A DNA stretch of 64,000 nt, taken from NCBI GenBank assembly GCA_963708135.1, contig OY970192.1:1120001-1184000 (forward strand). Reading direction: 5' to 3'. The notes under the pieces were generated by a model. That model was not told where the DNA came from. It did no database searches and saw nothing but the letters and a program-made list of their open reading frames with translations. Source of the DNA: an uncultured Gemmatimonadales bacterium (GTDB taxonomy: Bacteria; Gemmatimonadota; Gemmatimonadetes; Longimicrobiales; RSA9). Shown piece after piece: positions 39,383 through 49,567 of this stretch. The first letter of the stretch is position 1. Each line of letters opens with the position of its first letter. A program made the translations under genes and the position numbers.

Positions 39383-41280
39383 CGGGCGTCGTGGCGGGCG
39401 GTCTCGTGGCGGGCGGCGCATCGTCGCCGGCGGCCGCGGTCGGCCCGTGGCCGGGCGTCGGGGCGCTCTTCCTCGAGCGCGCCCGGGCGCATCCGGGCCG
39501 CGTGGCCTTCCGGGAGCTGGCGCTGGCCGGCGCGGACGCGGACGGCGCGCTCACGTGGGGCGAATGGGAGGCGGCGGCGCGCCGCTTCGCGGCGGCGCTG
39601 GTGGCGCGCGGCGTGGCGCCGGGGGACCGCGTGGCGGTGCTCGCGGGGAACCGGCGGCAGTGGCCGATCGCGGACCTGGGGACGTTGCTGGCGGGCGGGG
39701 TGGGCGTCGGGATCTATCCGACCAGCGCGCCGGCGCAGGTGGCTCAGGTGCTGGTGGACTCCGGCGCGGCGGTGGTCGTGGTGGACACGCCCGAGCACGC
39801 CGCCATGGTGGCCGCGGTGCGCGCGGCGGTACCCGGCCTCCGGCTGGTGGTCGGCCCGGACGCAGGGGCTGGTGCCCCCGAGGCCATGTCCTGGGCTGCC
39901 TTCCTCGACGCGGGCGGCGCCGCGCTCGCGGACGCGGCGGTGGCGGCGGAGCTCGAGCGGCGGATCGCCGGCGAGCGGCCGGGCGACGTCGCCCTGCTGA
40001 TCTACACGTCGGGCTCGACCGGCGAGCCGAAGGGCGCGCGCATCACGCACGGCGCCCTGCTGGCGTCGGCCGCCTCCATCCGCGAGGCGCTCGGGCTCGG
40101 GCCGGACGACACCTCGCTCTCCCTGCTGCCGTACTGCCACGCGGCCGAGCGGATCTTCGGCCTCTACACGCGCATCCTGGCCGGCATGGAGGCGCTGCTG
40201 GTGCCGGACCACACGCGGGTCTGGGCGGCGGCGCGGGCGTACGGCCCCACGCTCTTCGGCGGGCTGCCGCGCTTCTTCGAGAAGGCGTACGAGGCGCTGC
40301 GGGAGGCGGAGGCGGAGGCGGAGCCGGGCGAGGAGGCGGAGCGCTGGCGGCGCGTGCTGGAGCTGGGCCGCGCCCTCTCGCGCTCGCGCCGCGGCGCCCC
40401 CGGCGCGCCGGCCTGGTCGGCTCGGGAGCTGCGCGCTGCCGGGGTCGAGTGGGCGGCGCTCGGCGAGCCGCTGTTCCGTCGCGTCCGCGAGCTCTTCGGC
40501 GGCCGCGTGCGGACGGCCACGTCCGGCGGCGCCGCGCTGCCGGAGGAGGTGGCCGAGTACCTGGACGCCCTCGGGCTGCGCGTCCTCGGCGCCTATGGGC
40601 TGACGGAGCACCTGTGCGTGGCCATGAACCGGGCCGGCCACTACAGCTTCGACAGCGCCGGCCCGCCGATGCCGGGTACCGAGCTTCGCATCGCGTCCGA
40701 CGGCGAGGTCCAGGTGCGGCGCGGGCCGCTGACCTTCGCCGGCTACCACGGCCGCGAGGCGGACACCGCCGCGGCCTTCACGCCGGACGGGGAGTGGCTC
40801 CTCACCGGCGACGTCGGCACCCTCGACGCGCGTGGCTTCCTCCGCATCACCGGGCGCCGCAAGGAGCTGATCGCGCTGTCAACGGGCAGGAAGGTCGCGC
40901 CGCTGCCGATCGAGGCGCGCCTGTCCGAGCAGCCGCTGATCTCGCGGGCCGTGCTGTACGGCGAGGGCCGGAAGTTCGTCTCGGCGCTCCTGACGCCGCG
41001 CCGCGGCGCCGTCGAGGCGTGGGCGCGGGGCCGCGGCCTCGACCTCGACTACCCGCGCCTGCTCGAGCACCCCGAGCTCCTGGCCCTCGTGCAGCGCGAC
41101 GTGGACGCGGTGAACGCGGGGCTCTCCCGCTCGGAGCGGGTGCGCCGCTTCCTGCTCCTCTCCCGCGAGCTCGCGCCCGAGCTGGACGAGCTGACGCCCA
41201 CGCTCAAGGTGCGCCGCGACGTGGTGCTCGCGCGCTTCGGCCCGGCGCTGGACGCGCTGTATCAGGGGGACGCGCCGTGA
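39379..41280 (+). CDS. Long-chain acyl-CoA synthetase (AMP-forming)
   Basis: YTSGSTGEPKG, YGLTE, TGDVG, GRRKELI, LTPTLKVRR. Confidence 0.9.
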   Translation: MTGVVAGGLVAGGASSPAAAVGPWPGVGALFLERARAHPGRVAFRELALAGADADGALTWGEWEAAARRFAAALVARGVAPGDRVAVLAGNRRQWPIADLGTLLAGGVGVGIYPTSAPAQVAQVLVDSGAAVVVVDTPEHAAMVAAVRAAVPGLRLVVGPDAGAGAPEAMSWAAFLDAGGAALADAAVAAELERRIAGERPGDVALLIYTSGSTGEPKGARITHGALLASAASIREALGLGPDDTSLSLLPYCHAAERIFGLYTRILAGMEALLVPDHTRVWAAARAYGPTLFGGLPRFFEKAYEALREAEAEAEPGEEAERWRRVLELGRALSRSRRGAPGAPAWSARELRAAGVEWAALGEPLFRRVRELFGGRVRTATSGGAALPEEVAEYLDALGLRVLGAYGLTEHLCVAMNRAGHYSFDSAGPPMPGTELRIASDGEVQVRRGPLTFAGYHGREADTAAAFTPDGEWLLTGDVGTLDARGFLRITGRRKELIALSTGRKVAPLPIEARLSEQPLISRAVLYGEGRKFVSALLTPRRGAVEAWARGRGLDLDYPRLLEHPELLALVQRDVDAVNAGLSRSERVRRFLLLSRELAPELDELTPTLKVRRDVVLARFGPALDALYQGDAP

Positions 41281-41786
41281 AGCCCCTCATCCTGCGCGCG
41301 ATCGTCGCGAGCACCCTGCTGCTGGCCGCCGCGTACGCCTCGGCGTTCCTGCCCGGCGGCGCGCCCGCCTGGGCGGCCTGGCTGATGGTCGTCGGCACGG
41401 CGGGGCTCATGGTCTCGACCATGGCGCTCGGCGCCGCCCGCGCCGGCCGCATCGGCCGGCTGGCCATCCCCTTCGCGCTGGTGTTCGTGATCCTGGTGGC
41501 CGGCTTCGGCCTCGTGCTGGCCCTGCCGCCGGGCGGCCCGGGCGAGGCGCTGTGGCTGGGGCTTCCCGCGCGCGCCGCCATCGTGCTCTACGGCGTGGGG
41601 CTGCTCCCGCTCTTCGCCGTGCCGCTGGTCTACGCGCTGACCTTCGAGGAGAGCACGCTCTCGGCCGCGGACCTCGAGCGGGTGCGCGCGGCGGCGGCGG
41701 CGCTGCGGGCGGAGCGGCGAACGTCGGCGTGGCCGGGACACGCGCCGGCGGCGGCAGCCGGCGCGGATCGGGAGGCGTCGCCATGA
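41277..41786 (+). CDS. Small membrane protein, probable symporter accessory
   Basis: Four hydrophobic segments, translationally coupled on both sides. Confidence 0.75.
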   Translation: MKPLILRAIVASTLLLAAAYASAFLPGGAPAWAAWLMVVGTAGLMVSTMALGAARAGRIGRLAIPFALVFVILVAGFGLVLALPPGGPGEALWLGLPARAAIVLYGVGLLPLFAVPLVYALTFEESTLSAADLERVRAAAAALRAERRTSAWPGHAPAAAAGADREASP

Positions 41787-43294
41787 CCGCCCTTCTCGCC
41801 CTCCTCCAGGCGAAGCCGCTGCCGCCGCTGGCGCAGCCGGCGATCGTGGCGGTCGCCGTCGGCTACTTCGCGGTGGTGGCGGTGATCGGCGCGTGGGCCA
41901 CGCGCCGGACGCGCACGGCGCGCGACTTCTTCGTGGCGGGGCAGGGGATCGGGCTGTGGGCGCTCGCGCTCAGCGCGATGTCCGCCACGCTCTCGGGCTT
42001 CGCGTTCATCGGCGGACCGGGGCTGGTCTACTCGATCGGGCTGGGCGCGATGTACATCATGCTGCCGGCGGCGATCACGGGCGCGATGGGGGCCTGGGTG
42101 CTGGCCAAGCGGCTGCGGATCCTGGGCGAGATCCGCGGCCTGATCACGGTGCCGGACGCCATCGGCGCCCGCTACGGCTCGCCGGCCGCGCAGGGGCTCT
42201 CGGCGCTGGCCATGCTCATCGCGATCGTGGGCTACATGGCCACGAACGTGCTCGCGCTGGGGCTCGTCATCGACGCCATCTTCGGCACCGGCCTCGGCGC
42301 CGGCATCTGGATCGGCACCGCCATCACGCTGGCGTACTCGGTCTCGGGGGGGATCGTCGCCGGCATCTACACGGACATGTTCCAGGGCGCGCTCATGGCG
42401 CTCGCGTCCGTGCTGGTCTTCCTGTTCACGCTCAGGATCGGCCACGGGCTGGCCGGCATCTCGCGCACGCTCGTGGCCGCCGACCCGCGCTTCCTCGGGC
42501 CCTGGGGCGTCCTCACGCCGCTCGCCGCGCTCTCCTTCTTCTTCGTCTTCGGCATGGGCTCGCTCGGGCAGCCGCACGTGCTCCACAAGTTCTACATGCT
42601 GCGCGACCCGCGCCGGCTCAAGTGGTTCCCGCTGCTCGGCACGTCCGCGATCCTCGTGGCCACGCTCCTCTTCTTCGGCGTGGGCGTGGCCGTGAAGAGC
42701 CTCGTGGCCCGCGGCGCGCTCGCGCCGCTCGCGAGCCCCGACGAGGCGACGCCGACGTTCCTGCTCCACTTCACCCCGACGCTGCTCGCGGGCCTCGTCT
42801 TCTCCGGCGTGGCCGCCGCGATCATGAGCACCGTCAACTCCTTCATGAACATCGGCGCGGCGGCGCTGACCCACGACCTGCCCCTGGCGCTGGGGCTCGC
42901 GCCGGGCGACGAGCTGCTCGGCGGGCGCATCGCCACGGTCGCGCTGTCGGTGCTCGCCGCGGCGCTGGCGCAGGTCTCGGGCACCCTCGTCGCCTTCCTC
43001 GGCATCTTCGGCTGGGGGCTCTTCGCCTCCACGCTCGTGCCCGCCCTCGCCATCGGGCTGAACTGGACGGGCGCCACCCGCGAGGGCGCCATCGCCTCGA
43101 TCCTGACCGGCATCGTATTGACGCTCGTCTTCGAGACGCTCGGCTATTTCCGCCTCTACAGCTTCCCCGCGGGCGTGACGGTCTCCGGCCTCTCGCTCGT
43201 GTGCAGCTTCCTGGTGTTCTTCCTCGTCTCCCATCTCACGCGCGGGCGTGCCGGGTCCCTCGACCCCGACGTCCGCCTGGCCATGGAGGTGTGA
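41783..43294 (+). CDS. Sodium:solute symporter (SSS family)
   Basis: DFFVAG, SGFAFIGGPG, YTDMFQG, GQPH, AAIMSTVNS. Confidence 0.9.
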   Translation: MTALLALLQAKPLPPLAQPAIVAVAVGYFAVVAVIGAWATRRTRTARDFFVAGQGIGLWALALSAMSATLSGFAFIGGPGLVYSIGLGAMYIMLPAAITGAMGAWVLAKRLRILGEIRGLITVPDAIGARYGSPAAQGLSALAMLIAIVGYMATNVLALGLVIDAIFGTGLGAGIWIGTAITLAYSVSGGIVAGIYTDMFQGALMALASVLVFLFTLRIGHGLAGISRTLVAADPRFLGPWGVLTPLAALSFFFVFGMGSLGQPHVLHKFYMLRDPRRLKWFPLLGTSAILVATLLFFGVGVAVKSLVARGALAPLASPDEATPTFLLHFTPTLLAGLVFSGVAAAIMSTVNSFMNIGAAALTHDLPLALGLAPGDELLGGRIATVALSVLAAALAQVSGTLVAFLGIFGWGLFASTLVPALAIGLNWTGATREGAIASILTGIVLTLVFETLGYFRLYSFPAGVTVSGLSLVCSFLVFFLVSHLTRGRAGSLDPDVRLAMEV

Positions 43295-43434
43295 CGGTGA
43301 CCGACGACCCCGGCACGACCGGCCGGCGCGCCTCCGGGCCCGCCGCCCCCGTGCGCGGCCTCCGCCGCGCGCCGCAGCGACTCAACCGTGTCCGTCCGCG
43401 GGCACACTCCATCTCTCCACGCAAGGAGCAGACA

Positions 43435-45945
43435 ATGCACAGGACCTCATCGGCGCGTCCCGGATGGTGGACGCTCCTCGTGGCGGCGGCGCTCGCGCTC
43501 GTCCCCGCCGCGGCCGTCGCGCAGGCGGGTGCCATCACGGGCAGGGTGAGCGACGAGAAGTCCGCCCCCGTCCCGGCCGCCCAGGTCGTGGTCGAGGGCA
43601 CCCGCTTCGGCGTGCTGACCGACGCCGCCGGCGTCTACACGATCCGCGGCGTGCCGGCCGGCAGCCAGACGCTGGTCGTGGACTACCCCGGCTTCAGGAC
43701 GGCCCGCGTGCCGGTCACCGTGGCGGCCGGCGCCACGCTCACGGCCGACATCCGCCTCGAGGGCCGCCCGATCGCCATCGCGGGCGTGGTCGTCTCCGCC
43801 TCGCGCCGTCCCGAGCGCATCACCGATGCGCCCGCCACGATCACGCGCATCGGCACGGCCACGCTCGACAACTCGGTCGGCAACACCTGGGCGGGGGCCC
43901 TCAAGGAGGTGAAGGGGCTCGACTTCATCCAGGTCGGCATGACGAGCATCGCCGTGAACGCGCGCGGCTTCAACTCCTCCTTCAACAACCGCATGCTGAT
44001 GATGGAGGACGGGCGCGTGGCCGTGCTGCCGGAGAGCGGGCTGCCGACGGGGCCGCTCTCGGCGCTGCCCAAGATCGACCTGTCCGGCGTCGAGGTGCTG
44101 GTCGGCCCGGGCGCCGCGCTCTACGGCCCGGACGCCTCGAACGGCGTGATCACCCTCACCTCGAAGGACCCGAAGCAGTTCCCCGGCACCACCCTCGAGC
44201 TGACGGGCGGCAACCGCTCCTACCGCGACATCCAGTTCCGCCAGGCGAGCGTGCTCGGCGAGGGCGACTGGGGGCTCAAGGTCGCGGGCGAGTACCAGGA
44301 GGCCAACGACTGGAGCAACGCGCTGCGCTACGCCGGCGTCGGCGGCGCCATGGTCAGCGAGGACTCGATGGGGATCAACTCCATCGACTTCCACAGCAAG
44401 GTCGCGCGCGGCGAGGGCGCGCTCGTGCGCTACATCGGCGACGCGCGCATCGAGCTCGCCGGCGGCGTCAGCCGCACGGACGGCGTCGGCCAGACCAACG
44501 TCGGCCGCAACCAGTTCCGCGGCTGGATCTACGACTTCCAGCAGCTGCGCGCCTCCAACCGCAGCTGGTACTTCGACGCCTACCGCACGCACTCCAACTC
44601 GGGCGACTCCTACGCGCTCAACCGCTATGCGACGTTCTACACGACCGCCCTCTCGCCCGACTCCGTGCGCCACCTGGCCGACTGGCCGAGCAACGGCCAG
44701 ATCTTCGCGGCCGAGCTGCAGAACAACTTCACGCTGCCGCGGCTCCTCAACACGCACTTCATCTGGGGCGGCCAGATCCGCCACGACGTGGTCACCAGCG
44801 ACCGGCAATGGCTGACGGACCGCCTCACGGGCAAGGACCTCACGATCGACCAGAAGGGCGTCTACGCCCAGGCCGAGGCGCCGCTCATGCCCTGGCTCCA
44901 GCTGGTGCTCGCCGGCCGCTACGACGACCACGACAAGTACGACGGGCAGTTCAGCCCCAAGGCCGCGCTCGTCCTGAAGCCGACCGAGAACCAGTCGCTG
45001 CGCCTCAGCTACAACCGCGCGTTCAAGTCGCCGACCATACTGCAGACGGACTTCTTCATTCCCGACTGGACGCCCGTCATCTCGGTGCTCGGCAACACGA
45101 CCGGCTACACGATCAAGGACGCGAGCGGCGCCGTGAAGCGCACCTTCGGCCCGCTCCAGCCCGAGGAGAACCGCACCTGGGAGGTGGGCTACAAGGGGAT
45201 CCTCGCCGACCGCCTCTACCTCGACGTGGCCGGCTACTACTCGAAGTACAGGAACTTCATCAGCCCGCTCTCCATCGTCTCCGACCCGTTCGGGCTCGGC
45301 TACGCCGGCTACCCCGCGGGCGTGAAGACCATGGCCTACGATGCCGGCGGCCAGCTCGTCACCAACCTCTCGGGCATCCCGCCGATCCTGCTCATCTACT
45401 ACAACCTCGGGCAGGCGACGGTGAAGGGCCTCGACGCCGGGGTGAACTTCTACGCCAGCCCGAAGCTCACCCTCGACGGCACCTTCTCCCTCGTGGACCT
45501 CGCCAGCACGGACGTGGCCGCGGGCCTCGAGGAGGCCACGGCGCTGAACTCGCCCGGCACCAAGTGGACGCTCGGCGCCGCCGTCCAGGACCTCGGCCGC
45601 TCGCAGTCGCTGCAGAGCTTCTCCGGCCGCTTCGTCGCCCGCTACGTGAACGGCTACTACTTCCGCTCCGGCATCAACCGCGGCGTGATCCCGACGTTCA
45701 CCACGCTGGACATGAACCTGGGCTACGACCTGCCCTCGCTCAGCTCCACCATCACGCTCGGCGTGAGCAACCTCTTCACGTGCGCGCAGGACGGCGCCCT
45801 GCAGTACGCCGCGACGGACGCGCTCCAGACCAGCCCCACCAACCGGAGCACGAGCTGCGGCTTCAACGTGAAGCACCAGGAGATGATCAACATGCCCTCC
45901 ATGGGCACCATGCTGTTCCTGGGCGTCCGCTACCACGCGCGGTAG
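43435..45945 (+). CDS. TonB-dependent receptor
   Basis: Signal peptide, VVVSASR, NARGFN, EVLVGPGAALYG, FSPK. Confidence 0.92.
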   Translation: MHRTSSARPGWWTLLVAAALALVPAAAVAQAGAITGRVSDEKSAPVPAAQVVVEGTRFGVLTDAAGVYTIRGVPAGSQTLVVDYPGFRTARVPVTVAAGATLTADIRLEGRPIAIAGVVVSASRRPERITDAPATITRIGTATLDNSVGNTWAGALKEVKGLDFIQVGMTSIAVNARGFNSSFNNRMLMMEDGRVAVLPESGLPTGPLSALPKIDLSGVEVLVGPGAALYGPDASNGVITLTSKDPKQFPGTTLELTGGNRSYRDIQFRQASVLGEGDWGLKVAGEYQEANDWSNALRYAGVGGAMVSEDSMGINSIDFHSKVARGEGALVRYIGDARIELAGGVSRTDGVGQTNVGRNQFRGWIYDFQQLRASNRSWYFDAYRTHSNSGDSYALNRYATFYTTALSPDSVRHLADWPSNGQIFAAELQNNFTLPRLLNTHFIWGGQIRHDVVTSDRQWLTDRLTGKDLTIDQKGVYAQAEAPLMPWLQLVLAGRYDDHDKYDGQFSPKAALVLKPTENQSLRLSYNRAFKSPTILQTDFFIPDWTPVISVLGNTTGYTIKDASGAVKRTFGPLQPEENRTWEVGYKGILADRLYLDVAGYYSKYRNFISPLSIVSDPFGLGYAGYPAGVKTMAYDAGGQLVTNLSGIPPILLIYYNLGQATVKGLDAGVNFYASPKLTLDGTFSLVDLASTDVAAGLEEATALNSPGTKWTLGAAVQDLGRSQSLQSFSGRFVARYVNGYYFRSGINRGVIPTFTTLDMNLGYDLPSLSSTITLGVSNLFTCAQDGALQYAATDALQTSPTNRSTSCGFNVKHQEMINMPSMGTMLFLGVRYHAR

Positions 45946-45949
45946 GCGC

Positions 45950-47026
45950 GTGGCTCGCGGGCGGGGCGGGCAGGACGGGGCGCCGGCGGTCGGCATCGTG
46001 GCCGTCGGCACCTACCTGCCCGCCGGCCACCTGACGGCCGCGGACATCGCGCAGGCGTCCGGCATCCCGGAGACCGTCGTGGTGGAGAAGCTGGGCATCA
46101 CCCGCAAGACGGTCGGCTCGCCGGACGAGCACCCGAACGAGATGGGTGTGCGCGCCGCGCTCGACTGCCTGGCCGCCGCTCCGGTGCCGGCGGAGGAGAT
46201 CGACGTCGTCCTGTGCACGACGGAGGAGTGGAAGGAGTACCCGGTGTGGACGGCGGGCATCGACCTGGCCGACCGGATCGGCGCCCGCCGCGCCTGGGCC
46301 GCCGACGTCCACATGCGCTGCGCCGGCACCGTCGGCGCCATGAAGATGGCGCGCGACATGATCCGCTCCGACCCCGAGATCCGGCACGTCCTGATCGCCG
46401 GCGGCTACCGCATCGCGGACCTGATCGACCTCGGCGACGCGCGCACCTCGTTCCTCTTCAACATCGGCGCGGGCGCCGGCGCCATGCTGCTCTCCCGGGA
46501 CTGGCCCCGCAACGAGGTGCTCGGCAGCCACATCATCACGGACGGCTCGCTCAGCCGCAGCGTGGTCGTCCCGGTGGGCGGGACGCTGCGGCCCCTCACG
46601 GCCGGCGCGGACCCGGCCGACTTTCACCTGACCCTCGTCGAGCCGGAGCGGATGAAGCGGCGGCTGGACGAGGTCTCCATGGACAACTGGCTGATGTGCG
46701 TGGACGAGGCGCTCCGCAGGAGCGGCACCCGCCCCGACGGCCGGCCGTGGACGCGCGCCGACCTGGACTACCTGAACATCCTGCTGATCAAGCCGTCCGC
46801 GCATCGCGAGATGCTGGCCCGGCTGGGGATGGACGAGACGCAGTCGTGCTACCTCGGCGAGATCGGCCACATCGGCGAGCAGGATGCGATGTTCTCGATC
46901 CGCGAGGGGCTCCGCACCGGCCGGCTGCGCGACGGAGGGCTCATGGCCATCGTGGCCGCGGGGATCGGATACGTCTGGGCGGCGGGGGTGGTGAGGTGGG
47001 GGGAAAGGGAAGGGGGAACTGCTTGA
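45950..47026 (+). CDS. 3-oxoacyl-ACP synthase III-like (thiolase fold)
   Basis: GTYLP, catalytic MRCAG, GAGAGAMLL, GHIG, AAGIGYVWAA. Confidence 0.85.
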   Translation: MARGRGGQDGAPAVGIVAVGTYLPAGHLTAADIAQASGIPETVVVEKLGITRKTVGSPDEHPNEMGVRAALDCLAAAPVPAEEIDVVLCTTEEWKEYPVWTAGIDLADRIGARRAWAADVHMRCAGTVGAMKMARDMIRSDPEIRHVLIAGGYRIADLIDLGDARTSFLFNIGAGAGAMLLSRDWPRNEVLGSHIITDGSLSRSVVVPVGGTLRPLTAGADPADFHLTLVEPERMKRRLDEVSMDNWLMCVDEALRRSGTRPDGRPWTRADLDYLNILLIKPSAHREMLARLGMDETQSCYLGEIGHIGEQDAMFSIREGLRTGRLRDGGLMAIVAAGIGYVWAAGVVRWGEREGGTA

Positions 47027-47208
47027 AGCGGCACTACATAAACCGGCACTACACAAACCGGCAACTGCTCAAACCGGCACTACACAAACCGGCACTGCAT
47101 AAACCGGCAACTACTCAAACCGGCACTACATAAACCGGCACTACACAAACCGGCAACTGCTCAAACCGGCACTACACAAACCGGCACTACGTGAACCGGC
47201 AACTGCTC
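47025..47208 (+). repeat. Solo type-B array: 4 x 46-bp higher-order repeat (15+15+16)
   Basis: AAACCGGCACTACAY, AAACCGGCACTRCAY and AAACCGGCAACTRCTC units. Confidence 0.92.
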
Positions 47209-47235
47209 GAGGCGGCAGGACACGGGGGGGAACGG

Positions 47236-48000
47236 ATGCGGTTGAAGGACAGGGTGGCGCTCATCACCGGGGGCGCGGCGGGGATCGGGCGGGCTGCGGC
47301 GGAGCGGTTCGCGGAGGAGGGAGCCCGGGTCGCCATATGCGACGTGGACGAGGCGCGCGGGCGGGAGGCGGCGGCGGGACTCGGAGCGGACGCGAGCTTC
47401 GACCGGGTGGACGTGGCCGACCGGGCCAGCGTGCAGGCGTGGGTGGACGGGGTGCGGGCGCGGCTCGGACGGATCGACATCCTGGTGAACAACGCGGGGA
47501 TCGTCCGGGACGCGCAGCTCGTGAAGTTCCGGGACGGCGAGCTGGTCGGGCAGATGGCCGAGGCGGACTGGGACCAGGTCATCGCGGTGAACCTGAAGGG
47601 GACGTTCAACTGCGGCCAAGCGGCGGCCATCCACATGGTGCGCCAGGGGGGCGGCGTGATCCTGAACGCGTCCTCGGTGGTCGGGCTCGACGGCAACTTC
47701 GGCCAGACCAACTACGTGGCCACCAAGGCGGGGGTGGTGGGAATGACCCGCACCTGGGCCCGCGAGCTCGGCCGCTACGGCATCCGCGTGAACGCCGTGG
47801 CGCCCGGGTTCGTGGCCACGGAGATCCTCTCCGCCATGCCGGAGAAGGTGCTCGCCGGGATGCGCGCGCGCACGCCGCTCGGCCGCATGGGCGAGCCGCG
47901 CGAGATCGCCAACGCATACCTCTTCCTGGCCTCCGACGAGGCGGCCTTCGTGACCGGCGCCGTCCTGCGCGTGGACGGCGGCCTCGTGGTCGGGACCTGA
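47236..48000 (+). CDS. fabG: 3-oxoacyl-ACP/CoA reductase (SDR)
   Basis: [32 protein letters not shown]. Confidence 0.85.
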   Translation: MRLKDRVALITGGAAGIGRAAAERFAEEGARVAICDVDEARGREAAAGLGADASFDRVDVADRASVQAWVDGVRARLGRIDILVNNAGIVRDAQLVKFRDGELVGQMAEADWDQVIAVNLKGTFNCGQAAAIHMVRQGGGVILNASSVVGLDGNFGQTNYVATKAGVVGMTRTWARELGRYGIRVNAVAPGFVATEILSAMPEKVLAGMRARTPLGRMGEPREIANAYLFLASDEAAFVTGAVLRVDGGLVVGT

Positions 48001-48019
48001 GGGGAAGGGAGGCACCTCC

Positions 48020-49567
48020 ATGCACGCGGGCGACCTGCTGACGCACCGGGCGCGCATGACCCCGGACGCCGAGGCGCTCCTCGAGCTGCACACCGGCCGG
48101 CGCTACGGCTACCGCGAGCTGAACGAGCGCGCCTGCGGCGCGGCCAACTTCCTGCGCGAGCGCATCGGAATCCGCGCCGGCGACCGGGTGGCCGTGCTGG
48201 CGCACAACGGCGTCGCCTGCCTGGACCTGCTCTACGGCGTCGCCAAGATCGGCGCCATCCTGGCCCCGCTCAACTGGCGCCTGAGCGCGCCCGAGCTCGC
48301 CTTCATCCTCGGCGACATGGAGCCCGCCGTGCTCCTCGCCGGCCCCGAGTTCACGGGCGTGCTGGACGAGCTCGCCGCCGCCACGGCGCTGCCGGCCATG
48401 GTGGCGCTCGACGGCGCGCCCATCGCGGGCGCCGCGGACTACGAGGCGGAGCTCGCGCGCGCCTCAGCCGCCGAGCCGGCGCGTCCCCCGCTCGATGCCG
48501 GGACGCCGTACTGCCTGCTCTACACCTCAGGCACGACCGGCACACCGAAAGGCGCGGTGCTGCCGCACCGGCAGGTGCTCTGGAACTGCATCAACACGGT
48601 CGTGAGCTGGGGGCTGCGGCCCGACGACGTGACGCCGGTCTTCACGCCGCTCTTTCACACGGGCGGCCTCTTCGCCTACCTGGCGCCGGTGCACTACGTG
48701 GGCGGGCGGGTCGTGCTGGCGCGAGGGTTCGACGCGCAGGCGTCGCTTCGCACGATCGTGGAGGAGCGCTGCACGGTGGTCCTCGGCGTGCCCACGATCT
48801 ACCGCATGTGGATGGACGCGCCCGGCTGGGCGGAGGCGGACTTCTCCCACGTCCGCAACTTCAACAGCGGTGGCGCGCCGTGCCCGCCCGAGCTCATGGA
48901 CCGCTGGCGCCGCGACAAGGGCGTGGTGTTCCGCCAGGGCTACGGGCTCACCGAGGTCGGCCCCAACTGCTTCAGCATGACCGACGCGCAGTCCCTCGCC
49001 AGGTCCGGCTCCGTGGGCACGCCGATCCTGAACAGCGCCATGCGCCTCGTGGACCCCGCCACCGGCCGCGACGTCGGCACCGACGAGCCCGGCGAGCTGT
49101 GGATCTCCGGGCCGCACGTCTGCGCCGGCTACTGGCGCCGCCCCGAGGCCACCGCCGAGGCGCTGGTCGACGGCTGGTTCCGCACCGGCGACATGTTGCG
49201 CCGCGACGCCGACGGCTTCCACTACGTCATCGGCCGCTACAAGGACATGATCAAGAGCGGCGGCGAGAACATCTACGCCGCCGAGGTCGAGGCGCTCTTC
49301 CGCCAGCACGACGCCGTGGCCGACGCCGCCCTCATCGGGCTCCCGGACGAGACGTGGGGCGAGGTCGGTCTCATGGTCGTGGTCGCGCGGCCGGGCGCAC
49401 GCTGCACGCCGCAGGAGCTGCTCGACTTCTGCCACGGCCGCATCGCCCGCTACAAGATCCCCCGCCGCGTGGTCTTCGCGGACGCCCTGCCCTACTCCGC
49501 CTACGGCAAGGTGCTCAAGGCGGAGCTGCGCCGGATCCACCTGAGCCCCATGGAAGGCGACGCATGA
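48020..49567 (+). CDS. Acyl-CoA synthetase (AMP-forming)
   Basis: YTSGTTGTPKG, GYGLTE, GWFRTGD, SGGENIY. Confidence 0.92.
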   Translation: MHAGDLLTHRARMTPDAEALLELHTGRRYGYRELNERACGAANFLRERIGIRAGDRVAVLAHNGVACLDLLYGVAKIGAILAPLNWRLSAPELAFILGDMEPAVLLAGPEFTGVLDELAAATALPAMVALDGAPIAGAADYEAELARASAAEPARPPLDAGTPYCLLYTSGTTGTPKGAVLPHRQVLWNCINTVVSWGLRPDDVTPVFTPLFHTGGLFAYLAPVHYVGGRVVLARGFDAQASLRTIVEERCTVVLGVPTIYRMWMDAPGWAEADFSHVRNFNSGGAPCPPELMDRWRRDKGVVFRQGYGLTEVGPNCFSMTDAQSLARSGSVGTPILNSAMRLVDPATGRDVGTDEPGELWISGPHVCAGYWRRPEATAEALVDGWFRTGDMLRRDADGFHYVIGRYKDMIKSGGENIYAAEVEALFRQHDAVADAALIGLPDETWGEVGLMVVVARPGARCTPQELLDFCHGRIARYKIPRRVVFADALPYSAYGKVLKAELRRIHLSPMEGDA

